DNA of 63,727 bases, filler included, from 10 parts of 10 records of this genome joined end to end with filler, not necessarily neighbours in it, one strand, 5' to 3'. Shown: positions 1-11,048, numbered from the whole stretch's first letter. Notes: generated from the sequence alone by a model not told the origin. Numbers and translations: made by a program.

Positions 1-407
1 CATCGTCGTCGCACATGTCATTCCATTCCGGATAACTTTCGACTCTCGACCGAGCGATTCGAGCGATGAACGGACGGACTCCCGGACTGTACTCGAGGGA
101 GGGCGTTGGAAATGGGATTTGGATATCGATATGACACGGAGCAGCGGCGCAGCCTGGGGTTGTGGCGGCGTTCCTGGGCGCCATTTCGGGCCCTTCGGAG
201 GATCTCTAGCACTCCCAGCGCTATACAACGGACGGAATTGGTCGTAGGGCAGGGCGCGAGGTCGTGGGAGGCAGCGTGGGGTGGAGACAGTGTGGGAATG
301 TTGAGGATGCTGGCCCATCGCTGAGCTGAAATACATTCATCGCCCTCGGAGCCATTCCGCTTAGGAATTCCTCCCGCGGGATACTCTAGCACGGCCCTGT
401 CCTCGAC

Positions 408-3400
408 ATGGACGCACCGACAGGCGGCCTGGCAGCGCGACAGGGGCGAAGGAGGGCTTCACTGGACTCTCCCACGGGGGCCAGGCCTCCGGAGGCACTT
501 GAGCCGGCAGCTGCGCTCCAGGTGACGTCCACAGCGCCGGCGCGGCCGGCTCCGGTACGGGCAGTGGAGCTGTCGGGATGGCTGTGGAACAAAGGTGGTC
601 AGAAGGAGAGCGAGAGCAAGAAGGACAGCTGGCGGAAAGGTAAACGCCGGAACTGGAAGAAGCGTTACGTCACGCAGGTGGGCAGGACGCTTTGCTATCA
701 CGAATCATCTGAGGATGCATTGAGGCGAAGACCACCACTAGGGAGAATTGACTTAGCGCTGTTCGAACTGCGAGAGCGAGAGCCAACTGCGGAACGTCAG
801 GTGTGCACCTTGACACCCTGCTCTGCGCTTGTTCGATTGCGCCTGTTTGCTTCGTGGGTGGCTACGCTCCGCCTGTTCCGCATTTTCCCGATGTTCGCTC
901 TCACACTCGCATGCGTTCCACGTTGCGTCAGTGGGCTTTCACGCTGGTTTCTGCTGACAAGGACTACCCTCTATGCGCCAACTCTGCGGAAGAAAAGCGG
1001 CTCTGGATGGAATCAATACGCAAAGTGCAGATCGATCTCACCCGTTTCCGCGACGGCGGCGGGCCAGTCCTCGTCTCGTCGTCAAATACTAGCATGGAAC
1101 ACCTGGTCCAGCATGGTGGACGAGTCGCGCAGGTGTCAGAGGGTCTGCCTCCGACTCGACGGCGGCGCGATGATGCGGACTCGTCTGACGAAGACGAAGA
1201 CGATGAACACACTGCAGCACTTGGAAAGACCACTGCAGCGGCAATGGAATATGTAGATTACAGTGAGACTTCGGCGGCCGAGAGGCAGCGACTCCGCACT
1301 GCAGGATCACGTCAGGTCGCTGCGCGCCAGGGGTGGCTTCTGAAGCAAGGCGACAAGCGCAAGCACTGGGGCAAGCGGTACTTCGTGCTCTCACAGCATC
1401 AGCTCGCATACTACCGTGAGGAACCCGGCATCCAAACAGAAGCACGGGGCGTATTTGACCTCACGGGGTTCGCTATCGAAGCCGGTGCTGATCCGACTCA
1501 GATGAGCTTCGTACTGCGAGGCAAAGATACTGAAATGGTACTGCGGGCAGAGGACATACTTGATATGACCAGCTGGATCAAAGAGATCGCTAAGGGCATC
1601 GATATCGGCAAAATTGTCACGGCTGCCGAAGCGGAAGTGGCCGGTGCGCGTGACCTGGAGGACTCTGAAGTTGCAGTGGACAGGCCGGAGAATGCACAGA
1701 TCCAAACGCGAGGAGATGTGTCGAAGCTCATGTGGTCGCATGTACTGGGGGCCGTTCTACTGGTAGGTCGAACTGGGATTGAGCTAATTCGCCCAAACGT
1801 CCAGGATCCAAGCCAGTCTACACGAGTTGCAAAGTCAATATACGTGAGGCAAATCGGCAAGGCAAACGCAACTATCACGTCGTGCACCAACAATGACGAG
1901 CTCATAGTACTCGGAATGTCTGACGGCCGGGTCATTGGTATCGATGCGCGTCAGTTTGTAGTAAGCTGGGAGATTAGGTGCTCGCAACGCGACATCCTGT
2001 GCCTATGCCTCGACGAACTCCCAGATGGTGATGTTCTACTGTGGTGTGGTGGAGTAGACGGTGCGATTACGCTGTTGGAGCTAGATGAGCTATTGACTGA
2101 ACAGCCGCGTCTTGCATTTTCGCAATCAGCGACTCCAACGCCCGAATGGGCACCAGTTGTTGCTATTGCAGTGTCAGAAGGTCTGGTATGGACAGCGACA
2201 TTTGGACAAGTTTCTGTGTGCGCTTGGGATATGGATACGCGTGAGTGTGTTAACAGTGTTCACTGTACCTTTCGCGTAACATCTCTGCTAGCGCACGGAA
2301 AAGAAATCTGGGCTGGACAAGGCGACGGAGCAATTTCAGCATTTGACAGCAAGACATTTGCACAGGTAGGCAACATCGTGTCGAATGCGTCGGAGGTGAA
2401 ATCCCTGGTTGACACAGGACGGCGTGTCTGGAGCATGCACGCAAACGGCACGGTTCGCGTCTGCCAGATGAGTGCTGATAGTGAGTGGGGTCAAACTACA
2501 GATCTCCTGTCACTGCTCGCTAGTTTCCCAGCGCAGAACAGCCTGGTCGACGCAGTGTTAGTTCCGATAAATGGCTTCGAACCACGCGTCTGGACTGTTT
2601 CTAGCGTTGGATCTCTGCGCGTTTGGGACGCTGGGTTTCCAGACACACGTGATCAAATGATCAAAAAACGCATGGCTGATCGGGTCAGCGAATTCACCGA
2701 GACCCGAACGCTGAAGGTGCGAGTTGTCACGCACAATGTGGCTGAAGACCCGCCTAGTCGTGATGGAAACGCGCATTTGCGAGACGTTTGGTGTGGCTAC
2801 CCTGATGACAAGGCCATTTTCGCACACCATCGTGGGTTTGAAGATGTGCATCATGAAGAGTTAGCACTGTGGCTATCTGACCGCGGAGTAGACGAGATCG
2901 ACGGTATTGTTGGGGCACTTGAACTTGCTGAGTATCCGCCACAAACCTGGGTAGAAGAACTGAAAGCCATGGAAGCCGACGGGACGCTACCCGAATTCAT
3001 GTCGGCTGTACAGAAGCAGGCAGAACGCGGTGTTCGTTTCGACGTTATTGCAATTGGGTTGCAGGAAGTTGAGATGACTGGCAACGCACTAGCCAAAGGA
3101 GTGGCCGGACGGGAGACTAAGATGGGTCAGGATTGGCGGAAACACATGAGTACCATCTTAGAAAAGGAAGGATACGTGTGCGTGGGTGGCCGCCAGCTGG
3201 TTGGATTATTCTGTGCTGTTTTTGTGCACCGCAACCATGAAAAGTACTTACGTGATGTGCATGTCAAAGTGGTTGGATGTGGTTTGGGTGGTTTTGCGGG
3301 CAACAAGGGTGGGATTGTGGTGAAACTGAAGCTGTACGAGACGGAGCTTACATTTGTGAACACGCACTTGGCTGCACACATGGGTCATGTAAGTAAGCGC

Positions 3401-5988
3401 AACGAAGATTTTGAGAGCGTCGCGGATGCGTTGCTGCCCGAATTGGTTGCTGTTCCAGCTGCTCGACGAGCTGGTCCGCTCACCATGAAGGCTTCTGCAC
3501 CGCTTATCTGGTTTGGTGACTTGAACTACCGAATTCCTCTCGAATTTGATCATGTAGTAGATTGTATCGATAACGGAAAACTGCAAGAAATCATACCGCA
3601 TGACCAATTGAAGCAAGAGCAAGCAGCGGGACGGGTCTTCGTAGGCTTCACGGAGTCAGATATTTTCTTCCCACCTACATACAAATTTCGCCAAGGCGTT
3701 ACGACCGAAGAAAAACCATTCGGCGATTACGATAGGCGAATGAAGAAAAAGTCTGCAGCAAAGGGTGGTGGGAAAAAGCCACCTCGTGTCCCCGCATATT
3801 GTGACCGGGTGCTGTGGAGTGGTCCTGGAATCCGGCCGTTGCTAGCTGAACTGACAGGCAACCACAGGTTGGGCTACACTAGTCACCCTGTCATCACTGC
3901 TAGTGACCACAAGCCAGTTACTCACTCCCTGCTTGTTGATGCACAAAAGGACATCCCACATCTACGCGAGAAAGTACGTGCAGCGGTGTTGCAAGAGGTG
4001 TCAGTTGAAACGACCGAGTCTAGGCCTGCCTTGCAGCTTTCTGTACCAGAGCTGAGCTTTGGTGCTGTGAGGTTTGGTGACGCACCGAAAAAGCAGCTCA
4101 TCAGTTTGACTAATACTGGCGCTGCTGCTGCACATTTCCATTTTGAGGCCGTGGCCCACGATGGTTCTCGCCGTATGCCTCCACAGTGGCTTCGCATCAG
4201 CCCGATGAGCGGTCAGGTACTTCCTGGCGCCACACACCAGGTTCGATTGTCGATGATGCTCAACCGCGAAACCAGCGCATACGTTGCCGCATCCGGCAAT
4301 TTGAACGTGCAGCTTCAGCTCTGCTGCCACAGCAGTGCAACGGTCAAACCACTGGAACCTGAATTGCGTCTGTACTGTCGTGCACAACGATCTGTGGGAG
4401 TGGTTGGCCTCCGTCTTGCTGACCTATGGCGTTCATCTTTTCCAGTACGTGGTGATCGGGCCGATGCTGTGTCAGCACCACAGGATGATGGACGAGGAGC
4501 AGGTCGAAAGGTGTGCAATCACGGCCATCCCTTTCGTCGAACGGTAGTCTGACCAGTTTCAGTTCGTATCATCGTGTGAAAAAATTGCATCGCTGGCGTG
4601 TATCATGTCTAGGTGGACGCTACCCCCCTGGAGCTACCAGATGAATACCAGGTACTGTGATTATCTTGGATATCGAGTGGTTCGCAGTTCTGAACAGACA
4701 AACCTAACTATGTTCACCTGAATTTGATTCGGCAGACAATTGTCGATTGGTTACACAAGGCCCCGGCATCAACGCGCTTATTTGTCGACTATGGAGACGC
4801 GGATGAGGTACGCCGATGTCTGCATGAATGGTTTTAGCCTGGACCATCACTGTGTTGCTTATGTGCATTGTTGGTGTAGAGCGAGCTGGTGCAAGATTTA
4901 CTCGAAACTACAGGCAATCTCGCAACTTTTCGCGGTAGTCCAAACTCTGCAGCCGACTGTCTGCTCACTTGGCTAGATCAACTCCCAGCCGCGGTAATAC
5001 CAGCAACCCTGCATGATGATGCATTGGATGCGGTGCAAGCTGGAGGATTGGCTGGAGCGCTTAGTATCGTCAAACAGCTCACCAGTGAACAAAAGGCTGC
5101 AGTGTATCAGGTACAGTCCACAACTCTCTTCGACGCGCCTGCAACCAAATCCCTGACACTCGCCGCCCTGTGTGTGTGTGCCAAGATGCTGCGGCTGTGC
5201 AACTCGATTGCATCACCTGGGATCGATCCGGTGCGGCAATGGTTGCAAGAGCATCAGCGGCCACTAGTAGCTGCTGCTACCGTGAGGCGTGGTGCCTCAG
5301 GCTTCGGCATCGTCATGAATGATGCTGCAATTGTGTGTGGAGGTGACGGGCATACGTGTGATGTGATTCCATTGGGAGCTACCGTGGTGAAAGTGGGCAC
5401 AGTATCTGTCCGAGACAAGGCAGATGTCATCGCGTGCATCCGTTCAGTACCTGCGGATGCAGAGGTGCAATTTACTTACCGCTACAGCGCAAGTGCCTCA
5501 GCTCAAGAGGAACAACTCCATGGTGTCGTGCAAGCTCTGCGTGCCGCTGAAATGCCTCCACAGACTTGGGTAACAGAGTTGGCCGGTGCGTCATTGTCAC
5601 TGAGACCAGATGTGTTTTTCTCTCGCTCGATCGATCGGGTCGATGCGAAGGCTCACAGTATCGGATTTGAACGCAGGTATGGAAGCGGATGGTTCCCTGA
5701 GCGCGTTTTTGGACGCAGTGGCCTCTCAAGCCAAATTGAGTGGGAGTGCTGCAGCTGGGAGTGCAAGGTCTCCCAGCCTAGCACAGCTGGCAGAGGCCAT
5801 TGCACCTGTGTTGTTCCGACCATCAGCGCAGGTGCGCTTTTGCACTTGCTGACAACTACCTTTGCATTCATGGTCCTAGCAATGCATGTTCAATGACTTC
5901 GCGACTGTGATGCGGGCAGATGGAGGATTCGGCGTGTCACTTCGTGCAAGTAATGTTGAAAGGTTTCAACGAGAAGCATTATCTGTAG
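408..5988 (+). CDS. OCRL/INPP5B-like inositol polyphosphate 5-phosphatase (PH-PH-WD40-like-5-phosphatase-ASH-RhoGAP-like, with PDZ-like insert); 8 exons
   Basis: Two PH domains (SGWLWNKG..NWKKRY; QGWLLKQG..HWGKRYFVL). 5-phosphatase motifs are intact: IGLQE, GNKGG, FVNTHLAAH, WFGDLNYRI, PPTYKF, PAYCDRVLW, SDHKPV. ASH-like ELSFGAVRF..LTNTG..WLRISPMSG. RhoGAP-like GSPNSAADCLLTWLDQLP and AIAPVLFRP. Frame-consistent GT-AG introns at 801-931, 4511-4612, 4652-4735, 4808-4879, 5111-5185, 5586-5676 and 5832-5919; TAG at 5986-5988. Confidence 0.9.
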
Positions 5989-6175
5989 AGCAGGCCTAGG
6001 CTGACGCCGCTCGGGGCTGGGATTGGGCTGTTACAGCTGGAGTTGCTAGAGTTTCTTCGGCTGTCGCTGCTCAAGGCAGCGACAAGTTGACAAAGATCAG
6101 GCAGCCTGCATTGCATTTTCTTGGACCGCAGATACGGCAGTCTACATTCTAGCTGGAACTAATACTGCATCATTC

Positions 6176-7044
6176 TCATGTTCGAAGCTGCCATGAATTG
6201 CCACTTTCAAGAAGCGTTTGTTCCAGGTCTCTCAACTCTTCGTCTATGTGCTGCAGTCGCGCTGCCTCCCTGGCAGCAGCGTGATATAGAGTTGATTAGC
6301 TGGGCATGGAGTCTCTGTCAATCTTTGCGTAAGCAGTCCGCTGATTATAGCAGCACAGACGGCTTGCTGTGTTCACTTACCTGGCTATTGGGTCGCGGTA
6401 GTCACTTGCACTAGTACGCAACTTCGCCATGGCACCGCGCTGTTCCACAACCAACCGCTGCATCTCTGCCATGCGCCTGCTCAGAACCTCAATTTCGTTG
6501 TCCATTTGGAGCCTTGCGTCCCCTGATGCTGTATGGGTCAGCCCTACCCGGGTGTCCGAACCGCGGTTGTTCACTGTATCACTGCGCGGACGATCTCGTT
6601 GTCTCGCAATGGCTGTTGGGCTAACTCGCTGCTGCGAGAACGCTCGCGACGGTCCAGGCGAACGCAATGCGCTTCGAAAATTTTCGTTTGTCAGAGCTAA
6701 TGGTGCACTTAACTCGGCGCCAGAATGCCCTTGACGGCCGTTGCCACTCCGGGGTGACGCAAGCCGTGCCGAATGGTCTGCTTGACGTGCTCGTTCAAGT
6801 GCTACAGAAACAGACACGCAATCAGCTACAGCAAGTCACGCAGGGCTGTTCGCGCTCACCTTGCCCAAGCGCGCGAGCATGCACGTGAGAGTGAGTCAAC
6901 CTACCGCCATAAGCGTAAGAGGTGCTGCCAGTGGGCTCCCGCCCACTGTAGACTGGAATCCGGCTGTCAGCTGCTGCAAGCTGGTGTTCCCCCAAATGGC
7001 TGTGCCCTAGCATTGATTGCTGCTGCTGCTGCTGCTGCTGCTGC
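6176..7044 (-). CDS. Hypothetical protein, 5'-truncated, with poly-Gln and C-terminal coiled coil
   Basis: Open frame from the contig edge (QQQQQQQQSMLG), ORF 6377-6817, a GTAAGT donor near 6380 and a final exon REAARLQHIDEELRDLEQTLL..* ending at TGA 6176. Exon boundaries are approximate. Confidence 0.55.
7018..7044. repeat. (TGC)9 microsatellite at a contig end
   Basis: Directly visible; the assembly breaks within it. Confidence 0.95.
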
Positions 7045-7144
7045 NNNNNNNNNNNNNNNNNNNNNNNNNNNNNNNNNNNNNNNNNNNNTTAATTAATTAA
7101 NNNNNNNNNNNNNNNNNNNNNNNNNNNNNNNNNNNNNNNNNNNN
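7045..7144. other. Artificial contig spacer N44-TTAATTAATTAA-N44
   Basis: Identical 100-nt linker with stop codons in all six frames; occurs nine times in the window. Confidence 0.99.
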
Positions 7145-7339
7145 GGCCGGATCGTTGCTGGGGCGCCCTGCATGCGCACGCATGCGTACTAGTACATGTA
7201 TGCACGCATGGCGCGCGCGGGTCGTCGTCGTCTCGGTGCCGCCGACGACTCGCCGCGCGGGCCCACCGGCGCGCCACCGACGGACGAAATGCCACAGCAG
7301 CGGTGGTCTGCAAAGCAGAAACATCTGTCAGTGCAAATC

Positions 7340-10114
7340 ATGAGCACAATTATGACGGTGCTACTGCTACTTGGCACACCGGCGCTGCCACCAGCAACTG
7401 CTGCCGCCACTCGATCGGCGGCTGAGACGTGCGCCGCATCGTTCGAGCTCTACGCCAACACTAGCTGCGATCAGGGCTACACGCTGGCGACGCTGCACCT
7501 GGCAGACTCTCCCTCGTGTTGTGCAGCGTGTGGTGCTGAGGCTAAGTGCTTGGCTTGGACATGGAAGAATAACACCGACGACCAAGGCAGGGCGAACCCG
7601 CTGTGCAGGCTGCTGACCAACCCAGGCACGTTCAGCCCCGGAGACAATGCCGACAACTCCTGCGGTATATACCGGGACACGCCACCGGGGTCGCAATGCA
7701 CGACGTGCATGAAGATCTACCCAAACAAGACGGTGTCAACATCACGTGATTCCTACTTGAGCTTGCAGGTAAACACGTCAGACGAGTGCTGCGGACGCTG
7801 TACGGCGGACGACAGCCGGTGCATTGCGTGGAAGTGGACACAGCTGCAGTCTGCTGGTGTGGCCTCGAGCCAAAGCTTTGACGATTGGGTTAATTGCGAG
7901 TTATTTCAAGGGGATCTGCAAGACTGGCAAAATGTCAGCGACGGGCGGCCAATGATGACCGGAGTGATGATTGGTGCCCGGACAGGTTACAACCCACCTC
8001 CAAGCCCTCCTCCCATGGACAAGGATGGATACCTCGGTTGTTTTGTAGACTTGAAGCATGGAGCACGGCGCGATCTCCCGTTCTTTTTCTGCAGCAATCA
8101 ATCAGACCCAACCCCGATGAGCGGGATCAACTACTGTGCTGATGACCCACGGCTGCCACCGGTGTTGCCCGGGACACCGGTTCTGGACACGGCGTCGCAG
8201 TGGGCAGGTGCGCGCCGAATGTCCCCCGCACTATGCAACATGCTGTGTGCGGACTTCGACTTTTTTGGGGTGCAGAACGGGTCGATGTGCTTTTGCGGTG
8301 TGGAAAGCAGTCACGATGGCCCGGGATACGGTAGCTTTGGGCGTGCTCCCGACAGCGAGTGCATGGACCAGTGCACAGACCCCCATGCCGGCTCCGCAGG
8401 CGCGCGGTGTGGTGGATTTGAGCGCAATTCGATCTACAAAGTGCTGGACTCTCCTCCACCACCACTGCCGTCAGTGTCAACATTTAGCTACATTGGGTGC
8501 TTCCCGGACCAGCAACCGGGATTCAATCAAATGCCTGCGCTTCCTACCTTTTACTGCCCCAATGCACAGCAGCACTGCCCTGGAGAGGACAACGGCTTTG
8601 CCGGCATTGCGTCAGATTGTGTCGGCAGCTCCTTGGAATTGGCTCCCGCTCAGTGCTCTGGCGACATGGATCAAGAGAACTGCGCCCGGCTCCCCAACAC
8701 AAGGCCTAATAGTGGGCGCGATGGCCGGTTCATGACCCTGGAGCTGTGCGATGCGCTGTGCACCGGATTCGAGTACTTCGCAGTTCAAAGTGGACAGTTC
8801 TGCAACTGTGGGCAACTGTACGGCACGCAAGGCAACACAAGCCAAGAGTCATGGTGCAATCAGCGGTGCTTTGGCAACAAATCACAGACGTGTGGAGGTA
8901 ACCGTCGTGGCTCGCAGTCGGCAAGCAGTGTCTACCGCCGCCAGACCCCAACGTGGCTGCGCGCTCGTAATTACAGTGGCAAAATCTCCGTTCTGCAACG
9001 AAAAATCTCGGAGGAACAGACTTCAGGCGTTGTCAGTCCAGCAGTTCCGGTGACCAATGCCTTCGGTGATACTCATCCTCACTGCCACTTGATCCCTGCG
9101 TGTCAGGCGCCGAACGCGAGCGTCGACTGGTCGAACCGTGGCGCAGTGGTCGATACGGTGCCAGACCAAGGTGACTGCAATGCGTCATGGGCGTTTGCTG
9201 CCACAGCCTCGGTCGAGAGCGCTTCTGCAATTGCTACTGGGCGACTGCTTCCCTTGAGCGTGCAGGGGATAGTGGACTGTGCCTGGCGATTCGGTGGTCA
9301 GTCATGCAAGGGAGGAGAGGTGAACCGAGGGCTAATGTACGCTCAAAATACCGGGCTTTGCACTGAGCACTCATATCCATATACCGGCGACAATGCGCAT
9401 TGTTGTCGCAGCAATTGTGAGGTGGCAGTGCCTGGCCAAGAAGACGGTGGGGTGCAAGGCTTTTGCAATGTGCCAGGCGAATCCGATTCGGCGCTCATGA
9501 GTGCCTTGAACCAGCAACCGGTCGCGGTCGGGCTCGCCCTGCCACCCGGGTTCTTGTCATCATACAAAGGTGGTGTCTTTTTGCAGGACTACCGTGGGCG
9601 GATGAATGAAGCAGGCTTGGCAGTTGGCTATGGTGTGCTGAATGGTCAGCCATACTGGAAAGTGAAGCTTTTCCGGGGCGCAACCTTTGGTGTGCATGGG
9701 TACGTGCTGCTGGCCCGTGGCAGCAACACCGGTCCGCTTGGACAGTGCTCGATCCTGGCAGCTCCATCGTATCCGATAGTTTCCAAACCCACGAAGACCT
9801 ACCCAAAACCAGGGAAGAAACCGCGCCACTATGGCCCGCCGCCTTGTTTGGAAGGCGAACAAGCAGTGCATGTGCCAGGGACAGTTAGTGGCACAGTTTG
9901 CGCGTCGCGCTGCACCGCAGGTGGGTCATGCCCTGCGAGCGGTAGCTGCGACCTCACCGACCCGAAGACCAAGCAAATGTATTGCACTCTACCATGTCAG
10001 ACTGACTGCAACTGCCCGTCCCCGCTGCGCTGTATAACGTCCGTTTACTTGGCCAGCCCGACTTGCATGGCGGTGGGCATGCGCCTAAACCTCAACGGCA
10101 CGACGATAGGATGA
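7340..10114 (+). CDS. Secreted PAN/Apple x2 + WSC-like repeats + papain (C1A)-fold non-peptidase homologue
   Basis: Signal peptide MSTIMTVLLLLG. PAN motifs CCAACGAEAKCLAWTW and CCGRCTADDSRCIAWKW. WSC motifs YLGCFVD..CADFDFFGVQNGSMCFCG and YIGCFPD..FAVQSGQFCNCG. C1A motifs SVDW, DQGDCNASWAF, LSVQGIVDC, YPY, QPVAV, AVGYG and YWKVK, followed by a Cys-rich C-terminal extension. Single ORF with no intron needed. Confidence 0.88.
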   Translation: MSTIMTVLLLLGTPALPPATAAATRSAAETCAASFELYANTSCDQGYTLATLHLADSPSCCAACGAEAKCLAWTWKNNTDDQGRANPLCRLLTNPGTFSPGDNADNSCGIYRDTPPGSQCTTCMKIYPNKTVSTSRDSYLSLQVNTSDECCGRCTADDSRCIAWKWTQLQSAGVASSQSFDDWVNCELFQGDLQDWQNVSDGRPMMTGVMIGARTGYNPPPSPPPMDKDGYLGCFVDLKHGARRDLPFFFCSNQSDPTPMSGINYCADDPRLPPVLPGTPVLDTASQWAGARRMSPALCNMLCADFDFFGVQNGSMCFCGVESSHDGPGYGSFGRAPDSECMDQCTDPHAGSAGARCGGFERNSIYKVLDSPPPPLPSVSTFSYIGCFPDQQPGFNQMPALPTFYCPNAQQHCPGEDNGFAGIASDCVGSSLELAPAQCSGDMDQENCARLPNTRPNSGRDGRFMTLELCDALCTGFEYFAVQSGQFCNCGQLYGTQGNTSQESWCNQRCFGNKSQTCGGNRRGSQSASSVYRRQTPTWLRARNYSGKISVLQRKISEEQTSGVVSPAVPVTNAFGDTHPHCHLIPACQAPNASVDWSNRGAVVDTVPDQGDCNASWAFAATASVESASAIATGRLLPLSVQGIVDCAWRFGGQSCKGGEVNRGLMYAQNTGLCTEHSYPYTGDNAHCCRSNCEVAVPGQEDGGVQGFCNVPGESDSALMSALNQQPVAVGLALPPGFLSSYKGGVFLQDYRGRMNEAGLAVGYGVLNGQPYWKVKLFRGATFGVHGYVLLARGSNTGPLGQCSILAAPSYPIVSKPTKTYPKPGKKPRHYGPPPCLEGEQAVHVPGTVSGTVCASRCTAGGSCPASGSCDLTDPKTKQMYCTLPCQTDCNCPSPLRCITSVYLASPTCMAVGMRLNLNGTTIG

Positions 10115-10478
10115 TAAAAATGGCGCTTCGCCAAGCTCGGAGATTGTCCCGACTAGACGCTCGGCGTCACCGCTTTCCGTGAGGACCAGTGTACCACTAG
10201 GACTTAAAAGCAGCTCTTACAGTTTATGCGCCGCTCTCGAGAGCGGCATACCTGTAAATTAAGTGTTTTGGTTTTCAAGGTACTTGAGAGTGCTTCTCCA
10301 GCTGTTTCCTGTGCCGGTATCCGCCAATCCTGACCCCACTGTTTGGCCCGCCGGTACACTTTGACTGTTTCCGGTTCTGTCCGCCCATCGCAGCTTCTTC
10401 GTCTCGGTTGTAGTCCATACCCCTGCCGGCAGAGCGCTCTGGCGTTGCGTCAGGTTACCTTGATTCACATTAGGGCAT

Positions 10479-11048
10479 TCATGTGAGCCACCGCGTGTAC
10501 GAGCCGTCGCACGCAGCAAGCGCTTCGCGGAAGCCTTGATTTGGGTCAGTGCGCGCGTGCCGTGCTTTCACAGCCGCGATGGCCGCCTCCGCGCCAAGCC
10601 CCTCCCGGGCCATCAACCAAGCTGCACATACGGTAGCAGAGCGACTTTTTCCCGCCTTGCAGTGCACAAGCACCCCATCTCCACGGTCGATGCATTCATT
10701 GATGAAGGGCAGTGACTCACGCACCGCAGGTATGATGTCTGCACCCGGGTCGTCGTCCACCTCGATGCAAAGATATTCCAGTGCTGGATTGCGGTCGTAC
10801 GTCGAGCCACACAGATCAACGACTCTAGTGATACCCCTCGTGGTCAATTGATCCCAGTTGTACGCCGCCTGCACTGGGCCGATAAACAGGCCGGGACGAA
10901 TTTGATCAATTATGACTTGCGCCATCGCAACACGGCATGGAATAGTGCACCCACAGAGCTTCAGGTGGCGGAAGCGACCACACATCGGTGGCGCGCGGTC
11001 GGTATCAACTGCTGCATGCTGCGGCTCCGGCTCCGGCTGCGGCTGCGG
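10479..11048 (-). CDS. Dual-specificity protein phosphatase (atypical DUSP); possibly 5'-truncated
   Basis: GLFIG, GITRVV, general-acid loop IEVDDD, signature VLVHCKAGKSRSAT and PNQGF. The frame is open to the contig edge through a PQPQPEPEP repeat; alternative ATGs at 10985 and 10925. Confidence 0.9.
   Translation of the reverse strand, partial: PQPQPEPEPQHAAVDTDRAPPMCGRFRHLKLCGCTIPCRVAMAQVIIDQIRPGLFIGPVQAAYNWDQLTTRGITRVVDLCGSTYDRNPALEYLCIEVDDDPGADIIPAVRESLPFINECIDRGDGVLVHCKAGKSRSATVCAAWLMAREGLGAEAAIAAVKARHARTDPNQGFREALAACDGSYTRWLT

Noticed and set aside
9120-9790. Silicatein
   Set aside because: It has Cys>Ser but also lacks the catalytic His and Asn and the Ser-rich cluster of silicateins.
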